64,000 nt of DNA. It comes from SAR324 cluster bacterium. Lineage in GTDB: Bacteria; SAR324; XYD2-FULL-50-16. Made by a program: the position numbers and the translations under genes. The notes below the pieces were generated by a model that was not told the origin of the DNA, ran no database searches, and worked only from the letters and a program-made list of their open reading frames with translations. The DNA lies in assembly GCA_028282825.1 (NCBI GenBank), contig JANQGZ010000059.1, positions 12,281-76,280 of the forward strand. Reading direction: 5' to 3'. Of this stretch, positions 27,481 through 37,685 are shown piece after piece. Numbering within the stretch: the first letter of the stretch is position 1; each line of letters starts with the position of its first letter.

Positions 27481-27837
27481 TTAGTTTTTCATTTCCAGTT
27501 CTACGAACCGGCTGGTACTTAATAACATTGAATTGATTTTTTGACGGTGTTTTACCAGCCTTTCCGTAACATCAAGTTTTTCAGAATAGAACCTGATCCC
27601 ATAAACAAATCCTTTGGTTTTTTTCAGTTTAACTTTTACCTGACCTTTTAACCTGATCCTGTACTGCTCGACCTTAAATATAAGGAATACATCACTTTCT
27701 GTTTTAAGATTCAGAGTGCTTTTAATTGCAAAGCCACCCATTGATATATCGTGTAACATTCCACAAGCTGACAAATCGTGCTTTAAAACCGGAATATCAA
27801 CCGAATAACGTTCAAACTGTCTTCTTTCCTTGTCCAT
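27481..27837 (-). CDS. PilZ-domain protein
   Basis: Contains RRQFERYSV and DISMGGFAI, which match the PilZ motifs RxxxR and D/NxSxxG. Confidence 0.7.
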   Translation of the reverse strand: MDKERRQFERYSVDIPVLKHDLSACGMLHDISMGGFAIKSTLNLKTESDVFLIFKVEQYRIRLKGQVKVKLKKTKGFVYGIRFYSEKLDVTERLVKHRQKINSMLLSTSRFVELEMKN

Positions 27838-28208
27838 TATTGTGCCGTTAAAATATTTGTTGCATCTCTGCTGATCAGAAATCTCGATTGTTGATTATAC
27901 CGCGAAACAAATACCAGGGATTCTGATTCATTTGAAGCGGGGCAGACCAACAGGTTCGGTCAAATCAAAACCCGGTTCTCCTATGCACGGCCAATCGCTG
28001 ATCAGCCATTATATAGTACAATATCGATTAACGATAAATAAGTTTCTTTTCCGGTTTGAAAGCAAAATTTACAAAAAATTTATTTAAAGATTCCCGTGTT
28101 TTTCCCTTATGGACAGCAAGGGTTTTAATTGCTGCCTGAACAAAAACCAATTAAACCCATACCAATAGAAGCTTTAAAAGCAGCCTGGTACTTCGTTGTT
28201 TAGTGCTT

Positions 28209-28283
28209 TCAGCAATCAGCGATCAGCTCTCGGCCGGTTTTTGCCTGTAATTGTAATATATTAAGCTGAACGCTGACGGCTGA
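28209..28283. repeat. Inverted pair of heptad triplets
   Basis: TCAGCAA TCAGCGA TCAGCTC (28209-28229) faces AGCTGAA CGCTGAC GGCTGAC (28263-28283). The two arms are largely complementary. Confidence 0.55.
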
Positions 28284-28765
28284 CAGCACGTTAATCGTCA
28301 AGCTGAATCCGGGATCTGACACAAGGTTGGATAAGGGTTTAGCGATTTTCCGTTCAGGTACAAATTAGCTTTATAAAGCCTGCAATCTGAATTCTTAAAC
28401 TGAACAGGATTTGGAGCTATTTTACATAAATTTGACATCTTTTTTAGCTTATAGCTGGCAGTGGACAGCTTGCAATGTGTTGTTGCGCAACAATTTTGTA
28501 TCATACCGGATTCCCGATCGCGGCCTGGAATGACACCAATACATTTTGGATCTTTTAGAGGGGTATGTGTTGGGCTGGGAGAATAGTGATTACTTTGAAG
28601 AGTAAACAGATAGATTCCTGAAAAGAGGCAGGGGTACATCCGACCCCATTGGGTGGGGATTCCCACCGGAAGGTAAAAGATAGCTCAACTCCACCATTAT
28701 GAAGCCGCTCATTGAGGGGTTGTGGATTCAGCCAACAACTGATGGGCGGCTCAAGGAATTCACTC

Positions 28766-29068
28766 TTATTTCCTGACACATCTCTTTTTCTTTCGGCCAT
28801 CAATCAATTGCCAGGTGCATTCATGCGAGTAGTCGTCTACCTTATATACTGAACCATGGGTAGCTTTCAGAGGCTTTTTAGGTCTCGCTTTCGGCTTGGA
28901 ACTACAACTGGTTAGCAAAAATGCAGAAGCGATAAACATTGCAACCAATGAAATATAAAATCTAAGGAATCGTTCTGATACATCCTTTTGATAGTTGTTT
29001 AAAATTCTTTCTTTTTTCATCTGTTTTATCATCTGTAACTTTGGTTTCTTGAGGGAAGATTGATTCAA
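28766..29068 (-). CDS. Hypothetical small lipoprotein
   Basis: A lipobox-like LLTSC follows a hydrophobic stretch. The protein is basic. It lies downstream of trkH on the same strand. Start uncertain. Confidence 0.4.
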   Translation of the reverse strand: MNQSSLKKPKLQMIKQMKKERILNNYQKDVSERFLRFYISLVAMFIASAFLLTSCSSKPKARPKKPLKATHGSVYKVDDYSHECTWQLIDGRKKKRCVRK

Positions 29069-29311
29069 TTCGACAACTTTAGTGAGCTTTGGTTTCTATC
29101 GCTAAGGTGAATATTCTCGCTTTATCGTCATTAAATTTCAACTGCCTTTCCTACAAAAATTTAACGAGCTGAAATTTTTGGTCAAAGCGATATCCAGATG
29201 AGTAACATAACACCAAAGCTGGAAAATTCAGTCCGGCTAAAATCGGTCAGAGGTGAAATGTTGATCCCGAACTGCAGACCTGATTCTTACAGCTCGGCAT
29301 TTGAGCGAAGT

Positions 29312-30769
29312 TTATTTTCGCCAGAAAGAGGGGTAAAAAACGACCAGGGCTGAAAACATTTCAAGGCGCCCTACCATCATGTTCCAGGAAAGGAACCACT
29401 TTCCAATATCCGAAATATGAGCATAGTTTTGAGCCGGACCAATCGAACCGAATCCCGGTCCGATATTCATCAGTGTAGCAATGATAGCGCTCATGGCTGA
29501 GAAAAAATCCATATCATCGGACAAAACCATGAAGCAGCTTCCGCCAAAAATCAGGAAAATATTGACGATGAAATAGGAGATGGCTAGATCGATCATGGAG
29601 TAATCGATCAAACGACCATTCAGGCGGATAGACACGACAGATAAAGGCTGCAGGAAGATTCGTTTGATCGAAGCCACCATGTATTTCCAGATAATCACAT
29701 AGTGAACCACTTTGATACCACTGGTAGTTGATCCGGCACAGGCGCCAATAAAACAAACCACCCAAAGAAACATCTGGGCCGCCTGGGGCCATTGTTCATA
29801 GTCTGCAGTAGTAAAACCGGTCGTCGTCAGCAGCGACATCACTTGAAAAGTCGCGTATCTCACGGAATCGGCAAGACTATCATAGCTACCATTTCTCCAG
29901 AGAATCCATGATACCATTCCGCAGAAAAACAACAGAAATCCCACATACCAGCGGAATTCTGTGTTGATTTTCAATGATTTCCAGTCCCCTTTAAGCATCT
30001 GGTAAAACAGGACAAAGGTCATCCCGCCCAGAAACATAAAGACAATAATCACCCAATCGAAATAGGCACTGTTGTAATGTCCAATACTGGCATTCTTGGG
30101 CGAATAGCCGGAGGTAGATACAGTACCAAAGGCATGGCACATGGAATCAAAAATGGACATTCCGCCAGCACTCAACAGGATAATCTGAAGCAAATTCAAA
30201 GCCAGGTAAATCGCCCAAAGCCGAATCATCGCATCTCTATTACGCGGCGTGAATCTTTCCTTGGTTATTACTTGCCCCGGGCTGGATTCGGCCCTGAAGA
30301 TTCGCAGACCTCCCATTCCATGAGGCAGGAAAATGATCACCAGGGTCAAAAACCCCATTCCCCCCAGCAGGTGTGTCTGGCTGCGCCAGAAGAGCAATCC
30401 GTGAGGTACAACTTCAATATCTGTGAGAATGGTTGCCCCGCTGGTCGTATAGCCGGACATCATTTCGAAAAAGGCGTCAGTAAAAGAAAGACTGGTGTGA
30501 TGAATCATGTATGGCATTCCAGACACAGCGGAAACCATAATCCATCCGAAGACCGCAATAAAAATGCCGTCCTTGGTGTCAAGGTCATTGCTACGCCTGA
30601 AAAACCACCACAGTGGCAGACCCAATCCGATTGTGATCAAGGCGGAGATTGCAAGTGGGGATAAATCCCCTTCCTGATAGTAAAGTGAAACAAAAATGGG
30701 CAAGACCATGGAAAGACCGGTTAGGATCAGCAGCTTACCCAAAACGTTGGCAATCGAGGTGAAATGCAT
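29312..30769 (-). CDS. trkH: Potassium uptake protein TrkH
   Basis: 485-aa polytopic protein with repeated selectivity-filter-like TTSGAT, TSGYS, TTTGFT and STTSGIK segments. Confidence 0.9.
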   Translation of the reverse strand: MHFTSIANVLGKLLILTGLSMVLPIFVSLYYQEGDLSPLAISALITIGLGLPLWWFFRRSNDLDTKDGIFIAVFGWIMVSAVSGMPYMIHHTSLSFTDAFFEMMSGYTTSGATILTDIEVVPHGLLFWRSQTHLLGGMGFLTLVIIFLPHGMGGLRIFRAESSPGQVITKERFTPRNRDAMIRLWAIYLALNLLQIILLSAGGMSIFDSMCHAFGTVSTSGYSPKNASIGHYNSAYFDWVIIVFMFLGGMTFVLFYQMLKGDWKSLKINTEFRWYVGFLLFFCGMVSWILWRNGSYDSLADSVRYATFQVMSLLTTTGFTTADYEQWPQAAQMFLWVVCFIGACAGSTTSGIKVVHYVIIWKYMVASIKRIFLQPLSVVSIRLNGRLIDYSMIDLAISYFIVNIFLIFGGSCFMVLSDDMDFFSAMSAIIATLMNIGPGFGSIGPAQNYAHISDIGKWFLSWNMMVGRLEMFSALVVFYPSFWRK

Positions 30770-30956
30770 AGTCTGATTTTGGTTTTAAATAATCAAGTAT
30801 CGCGCCTTGTTGTATTGTTTTTTCCGATTACCGGCTACATGTGAAACTTCATTTTTGGCAGCGAATCCTGAAGTTAAGTCGGACAGCACCGGTATATTAA
30901 AACAGAAAAACAGTTATAAAAAGCAAAGCGAGTTATTTGGAGGTGTCCCAAGACAA

Positions 30957-32354
30957 TCAGTCTGAAAACAGTTTTTGCAGATCTTTCAACATCATAGAGC
31001 CGCATACGGCAATCGCTTTGTCCCCTTCCTTCAGATGAGTATCACCGACAGCGATTCTCCAGTTTCCATCTCGATAGATAGCACCAATTAGAATTTTTCC
31101 GTAATAAAAGGAATCCAGTTTTTGTAAAGGTGCTTTGCAGATCTGGGAACCCCTGGTGACGTTGAATTCCACAATATCCATGTCAAATCCGTGAAGATGA
31201 GCCACAGACAGCATTTTTCCCCGTCGTATGTATTTGATTATTTCGTTACCGGCCAGAATTTTTTTGTTCAATGCGATATCCAGTCCAATCGTTGAACTGA
31301 GAACAAGGTATTCCTCCTTATTCACCATGGCAATGGTCTTTGCCTGACTTTTTGGATTCTTTTTATTAATCAGATTTTTCGCCAACAGGCTGGTCATGAC
31401 ATTTGCTTCATCATCCTGGGTCGCAGTAATGAACGTGTCTATATCAGCCAATCCAGCCGTCTCCAGTACCTCCGCATCCGATCCGTCACCTTGCAATACT
31501 TCTGTATGTTCTAAAAAGAATGAAAGCTCTTTGGCGTCATAGTCGTTCCGCTCTATCAGCTTCACACGCACAGACTTACCCAGCAGTTGTGCCACTCGGG
31601 AACCAATCAGGCCTCCACCCAGAATCATCACCCGGTGGCGGTTGTGACGTTTGATACCGGTCAGATCCATTAATTGCGCCAGTGCCAGTTTATTGGCCAT
31701 GACCAGCACCTGATCATTTGGTTTTATGAAGTTGTTACCACCGGGAATGATCGTTTTCGTATCCCGTGCAATGGCTAAGACCCGAAAAAACATATCGCGA
31801 TATTCTTTCGAAATTTCAGTAAGTGTTTTGTTGGCCAAAGGCGAGGACTCGTGAATCCGGGTCGCCATCACTTGCATTTTTCCCTCGCCGATTTCAATGA
31901 TTTCGTTACCTGCCGTCCGTTTGACCAGGCGGACTATCTCCTGGGCAGCCAATTCTTCGGGGTGGATGATTAAATCGATCTTTAAATCCTCCATATTCAG
32001 AACTGATGCACCTGTACACAACTCCAAAGAACGAACCCGCGCGATTTTCCGGGGAATACCGAAACGATCGCCAATAATTGAGGAGAGGATATTGACTGCG
32101 TCATTGTCAGTCACTGCAATTAAGTAATCGATATTCCTGGCATTCGCTTCTTTCCAGCAATCGATGCTCATGGCGTCCCCCTGCAAAATTCTGGCATCAA
32201 TCGCTCCATCAGCATGACGGATTTTATTGTTGTCTTGCTCGATCACAGTAACTGCATACCCATCATGGGCAAGTCGTTTGGCCAGGTAAAGGCCAACCCC
32301 TCCAAGCCCAAGAATCAGGATGTTTTCACTTTTCTGTTTTTTCGTAATATTCAT
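30957..32354 (-). CDS. trkA: Potassium uptake protein TrkA (two RCK/NAD-binding repeats)
   Basis: Two Rossmann motifs, ILGLGGVGLYLA and ILGGGLIGSRVA. 465 aa. Located upstream of trkH. Confidence 0.9.
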   Translation of the reverse strand: MNITKKQKSENILILGLGGVGLYLAKRLAHDGYAVTVIEQDNNKIRHADGAIDARILQGDAMSIDCWKEANARNIDYLIAVTDNDAVNILSSIIGDRFGIPRKIARVRSLELCTGASVLNMEDLKIDLIIHPEELAAQEIVRLVKRTAGNEIIEIGEGKMQVMATRIHESSPLANKTLTEISKEYRDMFFRVLAIARDTKTIIPGGNNFIKPNDQVLVMANKLALAQLMDLTGIKRHNRHRVMILGGGLIGSRVAQLLGKSVRVKLIERNDYDAKELSFFLEHTEVLQGDGSDAEVLETAGLADIDTFITATQDDEANVMTSLLAKNLINKKNPKSQAKTIAMVNKEEYLVLSSTIGLDIALNKKILAGNEIIKYIRRGKMLSVAHLHGFDMDIVEFNVTRGSQICKAPLQKLDSFYYGKILIGAIYRDGNWRIAVGDTHLKEGDKAIAVCGSMMLKDLQKLFSD

Positions 32355-32540
32355 TTAACATTCAATGGATTAATTCAAACGAAACTGTTGGTGATATAAA
32401 AATCTCTCCTCACTAAAGATCTTATCTTAACTCAAGTTTCACATCTTCGAATTTAAGTATTATCTGTACCATAAAGAATTCACAAATTATACAGTCCGCA
32501 AAAGAGTTCAATTGTTTTAGACATTTGCAGAACGTTTCTA

Positions 32541-33434
32541 CTATTTTTCTGCAATCTGATCAATCAGCCATTGCTTAAAAAGAGCAATATCCGGCTTATC
32601 CGAGTACTCCACCGGATGAACAAAAAAGTAAGAGAAATTGGATTGTATTACCTTTTCAAATACGGGTACCAGGAGTCCTGCTTGAAGATCGCCTTCCACC
32701 AGGGATTGTCTTCCCAATACTATACCTTGCCCTGCAATCGCTGCCTGAACTGCAAAGTCGGCCTGGTTGAATTGTAACCCTCTGTTAAAATCCAGATGTT
32801 CGACTCCCATTTGTGTGGCCCAATGCAACCAATTGATATTACTTCCTTTAAATGTTTTTATGTCATGCAAAATCGGGTAGTTCTTAATCAATTCAGGATC
32901 TTTCAAAGGCAAATCCTGTTTAATCAAATCGGGACTGCAAACCGGAAAATAGACTTCCTCCATTAATGGCGTCACATTCAACCCCGGGTACACGCCCAGA
33001 CCAAACCGAATCGAGCAGTCGATCTGATCATCAAGAAAATCAACGATACTATTGCTGGTGTGGATTCTGATGCTCAATCTTGAATGCTTATTGTGGAAAT
33101 CGGCAATTCGTGGAATCAACCATTTAGTGGCAAACGAAGGCAGGGTCGAAACCGACAGTCGGCCTGAGCCTTCTGCAGAACGGATCACTTCAATTTGAGT
33201 CAGTATTTGCCTGAAAGCCGGTTGCACTGTTTTTAGTAGACGTTCCCCGTTCCACGTCAATTGTATCTGCCTGATTTTTCTTTCAAAAAGCTTAAAGCCC
33301 AATTCCTCTTCCAATTGACGAATCTGGACACTAACCGCTCCCTGGCTCAAATTAAGCTCTTTGGAAGCTTCTGTAAAACTCAGATGTTCGGCAACACGGA
33401 TAAATGTAGCCAATGCCTGGAGGTTTCGAATCAT
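32541..33434 (-). CDS. LysR-family transcriptional regulator
   Basis: HTH FIRVAEHLSFTEASKELNLSQGAVSVQIRQLE. 297 aa. Confidence 0.9.
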   Translation of the reverse strand: MIRNLQALATFIRVAEHLSFTEASKELNLSQGAVSVQIRQLEEELGFKLFERKIRQIQLTWNGERLLKTVQPAFRQILTQIEVIRSAEGSGRLSVSTLPSFATKWLIPRIADFHNKHSRLSIRIHTSNSIVDFLDDQIDCSIRFGLGVYPGLNVTPLMEEVYFPVCSPDLIKQDLPLKDPELIKNYPILHDIKTFKGSNINWLHWATQMGVEHLDFNRGLQFNQADFAVQAAIAGQGIVLGRQSLVEGDLQAGLLVPVFEKVIQSNFSYFFVHPVEYSDKPDIALFKQWLIDQIAEK

Positions 33435-33573
33435 CGTTATACATTAAAAATTTTTATTCATAAACCATAAAATAATTCGTTTGTCAGCTGATAGCAGGAG
33501 CGTGATACAATTTTAGCAACAAAGTATGGATCATATTATCTAAATCTTATCCTGATGTTGCAAGGAGGAAATC

Positions 33574-33741
33574 ATGAAACGTCCCGGCCTTTTAAAAAAA
33601 TCCTCAAAAGTATTCTCTATTTTCTATCAAAGATTTCACACCAGAAAAGCGTTGGCCCAATTGGATGACCGGCTCTTGAAAGATATCGGATTGAGCCGAA
33701 CCGATCAATATAATGAAATCAGAAAGCCTTTTTGGAGATAA
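33574..33741 (+). CDS. DUF1127-domain small protein (not in the ORF track, 55 aa)
   Basis: Translation: MKRPGLLKKSSKVFSIFYQRFHTRKALAQLDDRLLKDIGLSRTDQYNEIRKPFWR. The core L..LDDRLLKDIGLSR is the DUF1127 signature. The RBS AAGGAGGA lies 5 nt upstream. Transcribed divergently from the LysR gene. Confidence 0.7.
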   Translation: MKRPGLLKKSSKVFSIFYQRFHTRKALAQLDDRLLKDIGLSRTDQYNEIRKPFWR

Positions 33742-33750
33742 AAGCAGTTA

Positions 33751-33830
33751 TTGTTATAGCTATCTGTTATCGGTTGGTTTGGGTTGCTTCGCAACGGCTG
33801 GAAAAACCTTTAAGATTGTAGATTTAAAGA
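33751..33830. repeat. Heptad-repeat/hairpin element
   Basis: TTGTTAT AGCTATC TGTTATC GGTTGGT, then GTTGC-TTC-GCAAC (33783-33795), then TTTAAGATTGTAGATTTAAAG. Confidence 0.6.
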
Positions 33831-33925
33831 GGGGTAGTTTTCAGTTGCGTTGTTTTGCGCCCGTAAGCAATTCCTATTCGAACTGATTATTTGTTCAATA
33901 GTTTTCCTCTGAAACAACAGCAACT

Positions 33926-36688
33926 TTAACCAGTAGCTCTCAAGGCGCTGGCAATGGCGTTGATGGTTAGACGCAATTGGAAGAGGATTTCTTCAGATTC
34001 ATCTGATTGTTGTTGAGTGGAATTTCGCCATTTTTTTAGCAGGCCCACTTGTTTGAGGTGTAGCGGAAAAAGGGCCTCGCTCCTTAAACGATTGGAATAC
34101 AAATGAGCTTTTCTTCTGGTTTCAAAAGGGACTCGAAACGCACTGAACACTTTGTTTTTGGCGATTTCAAACTCTTTCAGGATTTTTTCCAGGATCTCGG
34201 AAAGAGCCGGGTCGTCATCTAGCAAAGAAGTGTAGAGCCTGATTACTTTTTCATCAGTTGCGGCCAGGCTGGTTTCCACATTGGAAAGCACATAGCGGAT
34301 CAACGTATCCTGGGGGACTGCTACCAGAAGTTTTTCATACAACTCCGGTTTTTCCTCCTCCATGTAACTCATTGCTGATCCCACACCAAACCAGCCTGTC
34401 AGGTTAAAACGTGCCTGGCCCCATGAGAATACCCAGGGAATCGCCCGCAGGTCTTCCAGGCTCCTTTTGCCGGTCCTTCGAGCCGGTCGCGATCCAATTT
34501 TGCATTGTTCAATGGCGTCTATAGGGGTTGCCTGGCTGAAAAAGCGAATAAAATGAGGATGATTAATCAACTGCATGTATTTTTCCCGGCTTTTTTCCGC
34601 TAATACTTCCAAAAACTCATGTTCGTTATTGTTTTGATGGGACAGTTGGTGATGCAGCGCTGTGGAGCCAGTGGTACAGGCTGTCAGCAATTCAAGATTA
34701 TAGGTGGCGTTAGTTTTATTTGCATATTTTTGTTGAATGGTTTCTCCCTGGACGGTCAATCTCATATCGCCATTGATCGACCCCTGGGGAAGTGTTTTGA
34801 CAAACCACTGGGTTGGTCCTGCCCCTCTGCTAATGGTTCCGCCTTTGCCATGGAAAAAACGAATTTGCACATCGTTTTCTTCTCCCACTGCGGTTAATTC
34901 AGTACCTGCTTTGAATAGATGCCATTGACTGGAGATGATCCCACCATCTTTGTTGCTATCGCTATAGCCAATCATTACCTGCTGCTGTTTCCTTTTCAGC
35001 TTGTAGAAATTCATCTGAAATTCCAAACTTCTCTGGGTAAAGGGATGTTGAAGATATGTTTCCAAAACTTCCGGACTTGATTCCAAATCCTCAATCGTTT
35101 CAAACAAAGGCACTACGTGAATCGGACAGACAATTCCCTGTTGGGTCTGCCGAATTAAACCAGCCTCCCTGGCAAACAGATAAACCATCAGCAAATCGGA
35201 TAGATTTCTGGTCATACTGACGATAAAAGAACCGATGGCATCAAATCCGAACTTCTCCGTAAAAAATGCTACTTCCCGGTAACAATTCAAGATTGCATCG
35301 GCTTCCGGTTCCAGTTTTGCCTTGGGTAGGGAAAAGGGACGTGGGGAGTTCAGCTCTCGATAGATAAAAGATAAGCGTTGATCTTCATTCCAATTTAAAA
35401 AGGCAGCACCATCCAGGGAGGCTGCATTCATTAATTGTGATAGTGCCAGTTCATGATATTGACTGTTTTGCCTGATATCAAGATGAGCCAGGTGAAAACC
35501 GAACGACTGCAGAATCCGTAAAACAGGGTTGATATCGCTATTTGCGATATCCGGCGCTCCAGCTTCCACAACAGCATCTTTTAATATCCGCAGATCTCCT
35601 GCCAGCTCATCGGCATTCCGGTAACTATAGGGGAGCGTTTCAAGCTTTGTTGCATGATCTCGTTTGACATCCAATGGCAGTTTATCAATTACCAGGTCCA
35701 AATACATTCGAAACGCCTGGCTTTTATCCTCTTTTGTGGCATCAACACCAGCTTGATTAAGCTCGTCAAACATCTGTTTATATCTTTGTTGAAAGGCTGG
35801 TGCGGTTTCATCAAGGTAATAGAAAAGGCTTAAATTTTTCTGCAATTTTCTGAGTTGCCTGCGAATAACGACCAATGCATTTAAGCGCAGGGTATAAAGA
35901 GTGTTTTTTGTAACTTCCGGTGTCACCAGGGGGTGTCCATCCCTGTCTCCACCAACCCAGTTGCCAAATGAAATTTTCGGCAGATTGTCGACATCTTCAA
36001 TCAATTTGGGATCAAATCCCATGGCATCCCAGGCAATGGCCAATCTTCTATCCAGGTTTAAAACCAGGTCAGGAAACACATTCATCAGATAATGAAGGAC
36101 ATTGGCAAGTTCGGAGCTGACATCCGGTTTGCGAATATGGACTTCACCGGATCGCCATAATCTTTCCAGCATCAACTCGATTTCGCGGCTTACCTCCCTG
36201 AGTTCCTGTTTGCTGTACATACTGTTTTCCCTTTTCACCAGCAGCAGGTACAACTCTCGATGCAGTTCCAGAACAGTAGGTTGTTTCGCTTCAGTAGGAT
36301 GAGCTGTCAGCACTGGTTCTACCCGGGTATTGGCAAGAGTTTCAACGATCTGTTCTACCCCGATGCCTGATTCTTCCATTCTTTTTAAATTATTCGCCCA
36401 CAGTCCATTGATACCGGTCAGTGATGTGTCTTCCATCCTGCGCCTGATCTGCACAACACCATTTTCCTCCGCGATATTCAGCAAATGAAAGCAGACCGTA
36501 TACAGATGAATGTGATCGGATGTCAATGATTCGATTTTGGCTTCTTTAGTCCCGTTAACCCAGGGAATGGCTTCAGCTAATCCCGGCTTGTCTGATCTTA
36601 GCAGTACATTTTTTAAACAACCCAAAAGAAATTCCAGATCCTGATAAGTCCTTCCCATGATCTCTTGCGTCTCTTTTAGAGTATTCAT
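33926..36688 (-). CDS. ppc: Phosphoenolpyruvate carboxylase
   Basis: 920 aa with the hallmark motifs VLTAHPTE, GYSDSNKDGG and FHGKGGTISRGAGP. Confidence 0.95.
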   Translation of the reverse strand: MNTLKETQEIMGRTYQDLEFLLGCLKNVLLRSDKPGLAEAIPWVNGTKEAKIESLTSDHIHLYTVCFHLLNIAEENGVVQIRRRMEDTSLTGINGLWANNLKRMEESGIGVEQIVETLANTRVEPVLTAHPTEAKQPTVLELHRELYLLLVKRENSMYSKQELREVSREIELMLERLWRSGEVHIRKPDVSSELANVLHYLMNVFPDLVLNLDRRLAIAWDAMGFDPKLIEDVDNLPKISFGNWVGGDRDGHPLVTPEVTKNTLYTLRLNALVVIRRQLRKLQKNLSLFYYLDETAPAFQQRYKQMFDELNQAGVDATKEDKSQAFRMYLDLVIDKLPLDVKRDHATKLETLPYSYRNADELAGDLRILKDAVVEAGAPDIANSDINPVLRILQSFGFHLAHLDIRQNSQYHELALSQLMNAASLDGAAFLNWNEDQRLSFIYRELNSPRPFSLPKAKLEPEADAILNCYREVAFFTEKFGFDAIGSFIVSMTRNLSDLLMVYLFAREAGLIRQTQQGIVCPIHVVPLFETIEDLESSPEVLETYLQHPFTQRSLEFQMNFYKLKRKQQQVMIGYSDSNKDGGIISSQWHLFKAGTELTAVGEENDVQIRFFHGKGGTISRGAGPTQWFVKTLPQGSINGDMRLTVQGETIQQKYANKTNATYNLELLTACTTGSTALHHQLSHQNNNEHEFLEVLAEKSREKYMQLINHPHFIRFFSQATPIDAIEQCKIGSRPARRTGKRSLEDLRAIPWVFSWGQARFNLTGWFGVGSAMSYMEEEKPELYEKLLVAVPQDTLIRYVLSNVETSLAATDEKVIRLYTSLLDDDPALSEILEKILKEFEIAKNKVFSAFRVPFETRRKAHLYSNRLRSEALFPLHLKQVGLLKKWRNSTQQQSDESEEILFQLRLTINAIASALRATG

Positions 36689-36903
36689 AGCTTCTCCTTT
36701 TGAGTGATGTTTATGCAGATACTTTGTGCAGGCGATACTATTTAATCAAGCACTTAACTGTATTATGGCTTCTCTTGGGGTATCAATGCAAATTGCAAAA
36801 TCGGATTTAAAGAAAACCCGGTATTGTAAGAATAAAGACGAAACGCTTCGTCAAGAAGCGGCGCAAAGAGAAGGGAAAAAGAAGGGAATCAGGAAACAGA
36901 ATC

Positions 36904-36932
36904 AAAAAAAGCCTCCCTGGGGAGGCTTTTTT
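36904..36932 (-). terminator. Rho-independent (bidirectional-looking) terminator after the csp gene
   Basis: A7, then GCCTCC-CTGG-GGAGGC, then T6. It lies 46 nt downstream of the csp stop. Confidence 0.7.
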
Positions 36933-36977
36933 ACATACCGGACTGGCTGATGGTATAGGTGTCCGGTGGGTAGATGA

Positions 36978-37178
36978 TTACATTACAGTAACGTTTGCAG
37001 CAGCAGGGCCTTTCTGGCCTTCTTCGATTTCAAATGAAACCCTGTCACCTTCTTGCAAGGATTTGAAACCAGAGCCGTTAATAGCGGAATGATGAACAAA
37101 CACATCCTTGCCACCGTCTCTCTCGATAAAACCAAATCCTTTGCTATCATTAAACCATTTAACTGTACCTTCAGTCAT
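36978..37178 (-). CDS. Cold-shock protein (CspA family)
   Basis: [33 protein letters not shown] contains the RNP1 and RNP2 motifs. Start at 37178; the listed ORF extends to 37211. Confidence 0.9.
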   Translation of the reverse strand: MTEGTVKWFNDSKGFGFIERDGGKDVFVHHSAINGSGFKSLQEGDRVSFEIEEGQKGPAAANVTVM

Positions 37179-37685
37179 TGTGGATACTCCAAATAAAATA
37201 TTAAAAATCACTAACGTCCAGCATCCACTTAAACCTCAAATGGTACTTTCGATCAGAAAAAAACCGGTTCAAACCGGGCAAAACTTTCGAGTGTTGATAC
37301 TCAAAAAATCAGCATATCAAAAAAATCCAGGAATCCCCAGCTTTATTATTTCTTTATTGTAAGGCCTTGTGTTTAATCACTAAATCGTGTTTCAAGCTTA
37401 AATGGCCTCAATAGGATAGAGGATAGTTCGAAAAAAAACTGGGAGCTATACGTTAATTAAACACTTGTTGTTTTTAGCTATTGGTTGCAAAAAACCTGTA
37501 ATGATTTAGAATAAGGGTAACTTTATCCCCGGGATCCGCTTTGAGATGAAATTGTCGGATATTCCCGAGTTTTAGTGAAATGTCTCCTATCGGCAAAATA
37601 GTTTTAAAAATCTCTCAGGAGGAATCTTTTAACAGAAAATCAACCAAATGCAATTGGTTGAAAATCCATCATTAAAGGTCTTGCC

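Noticed and set aside
28560-28765. Known structured RNA (RNase P RNA, tmRNA, SRP RNA, cobalamin or other riboswitch)
   Set aside because: None of the hallmark conserved strings I know is present. I looked for GAGGAAAGUCC, the tmRNA tag or acceptor end, the SRP GGAA/AGCA motif and the B12 box. It is retained only as an unassigned structured region.
28298-28803. ORFs of 122 and 82 aa on the minus strand
   Set aside because: They overlap each other and are translated through palindromic repeat remnants (for example GVIPGRDRESGM from GTCATTCCAGGCCGCGATCGGGAATCC). There are no start-site signals.
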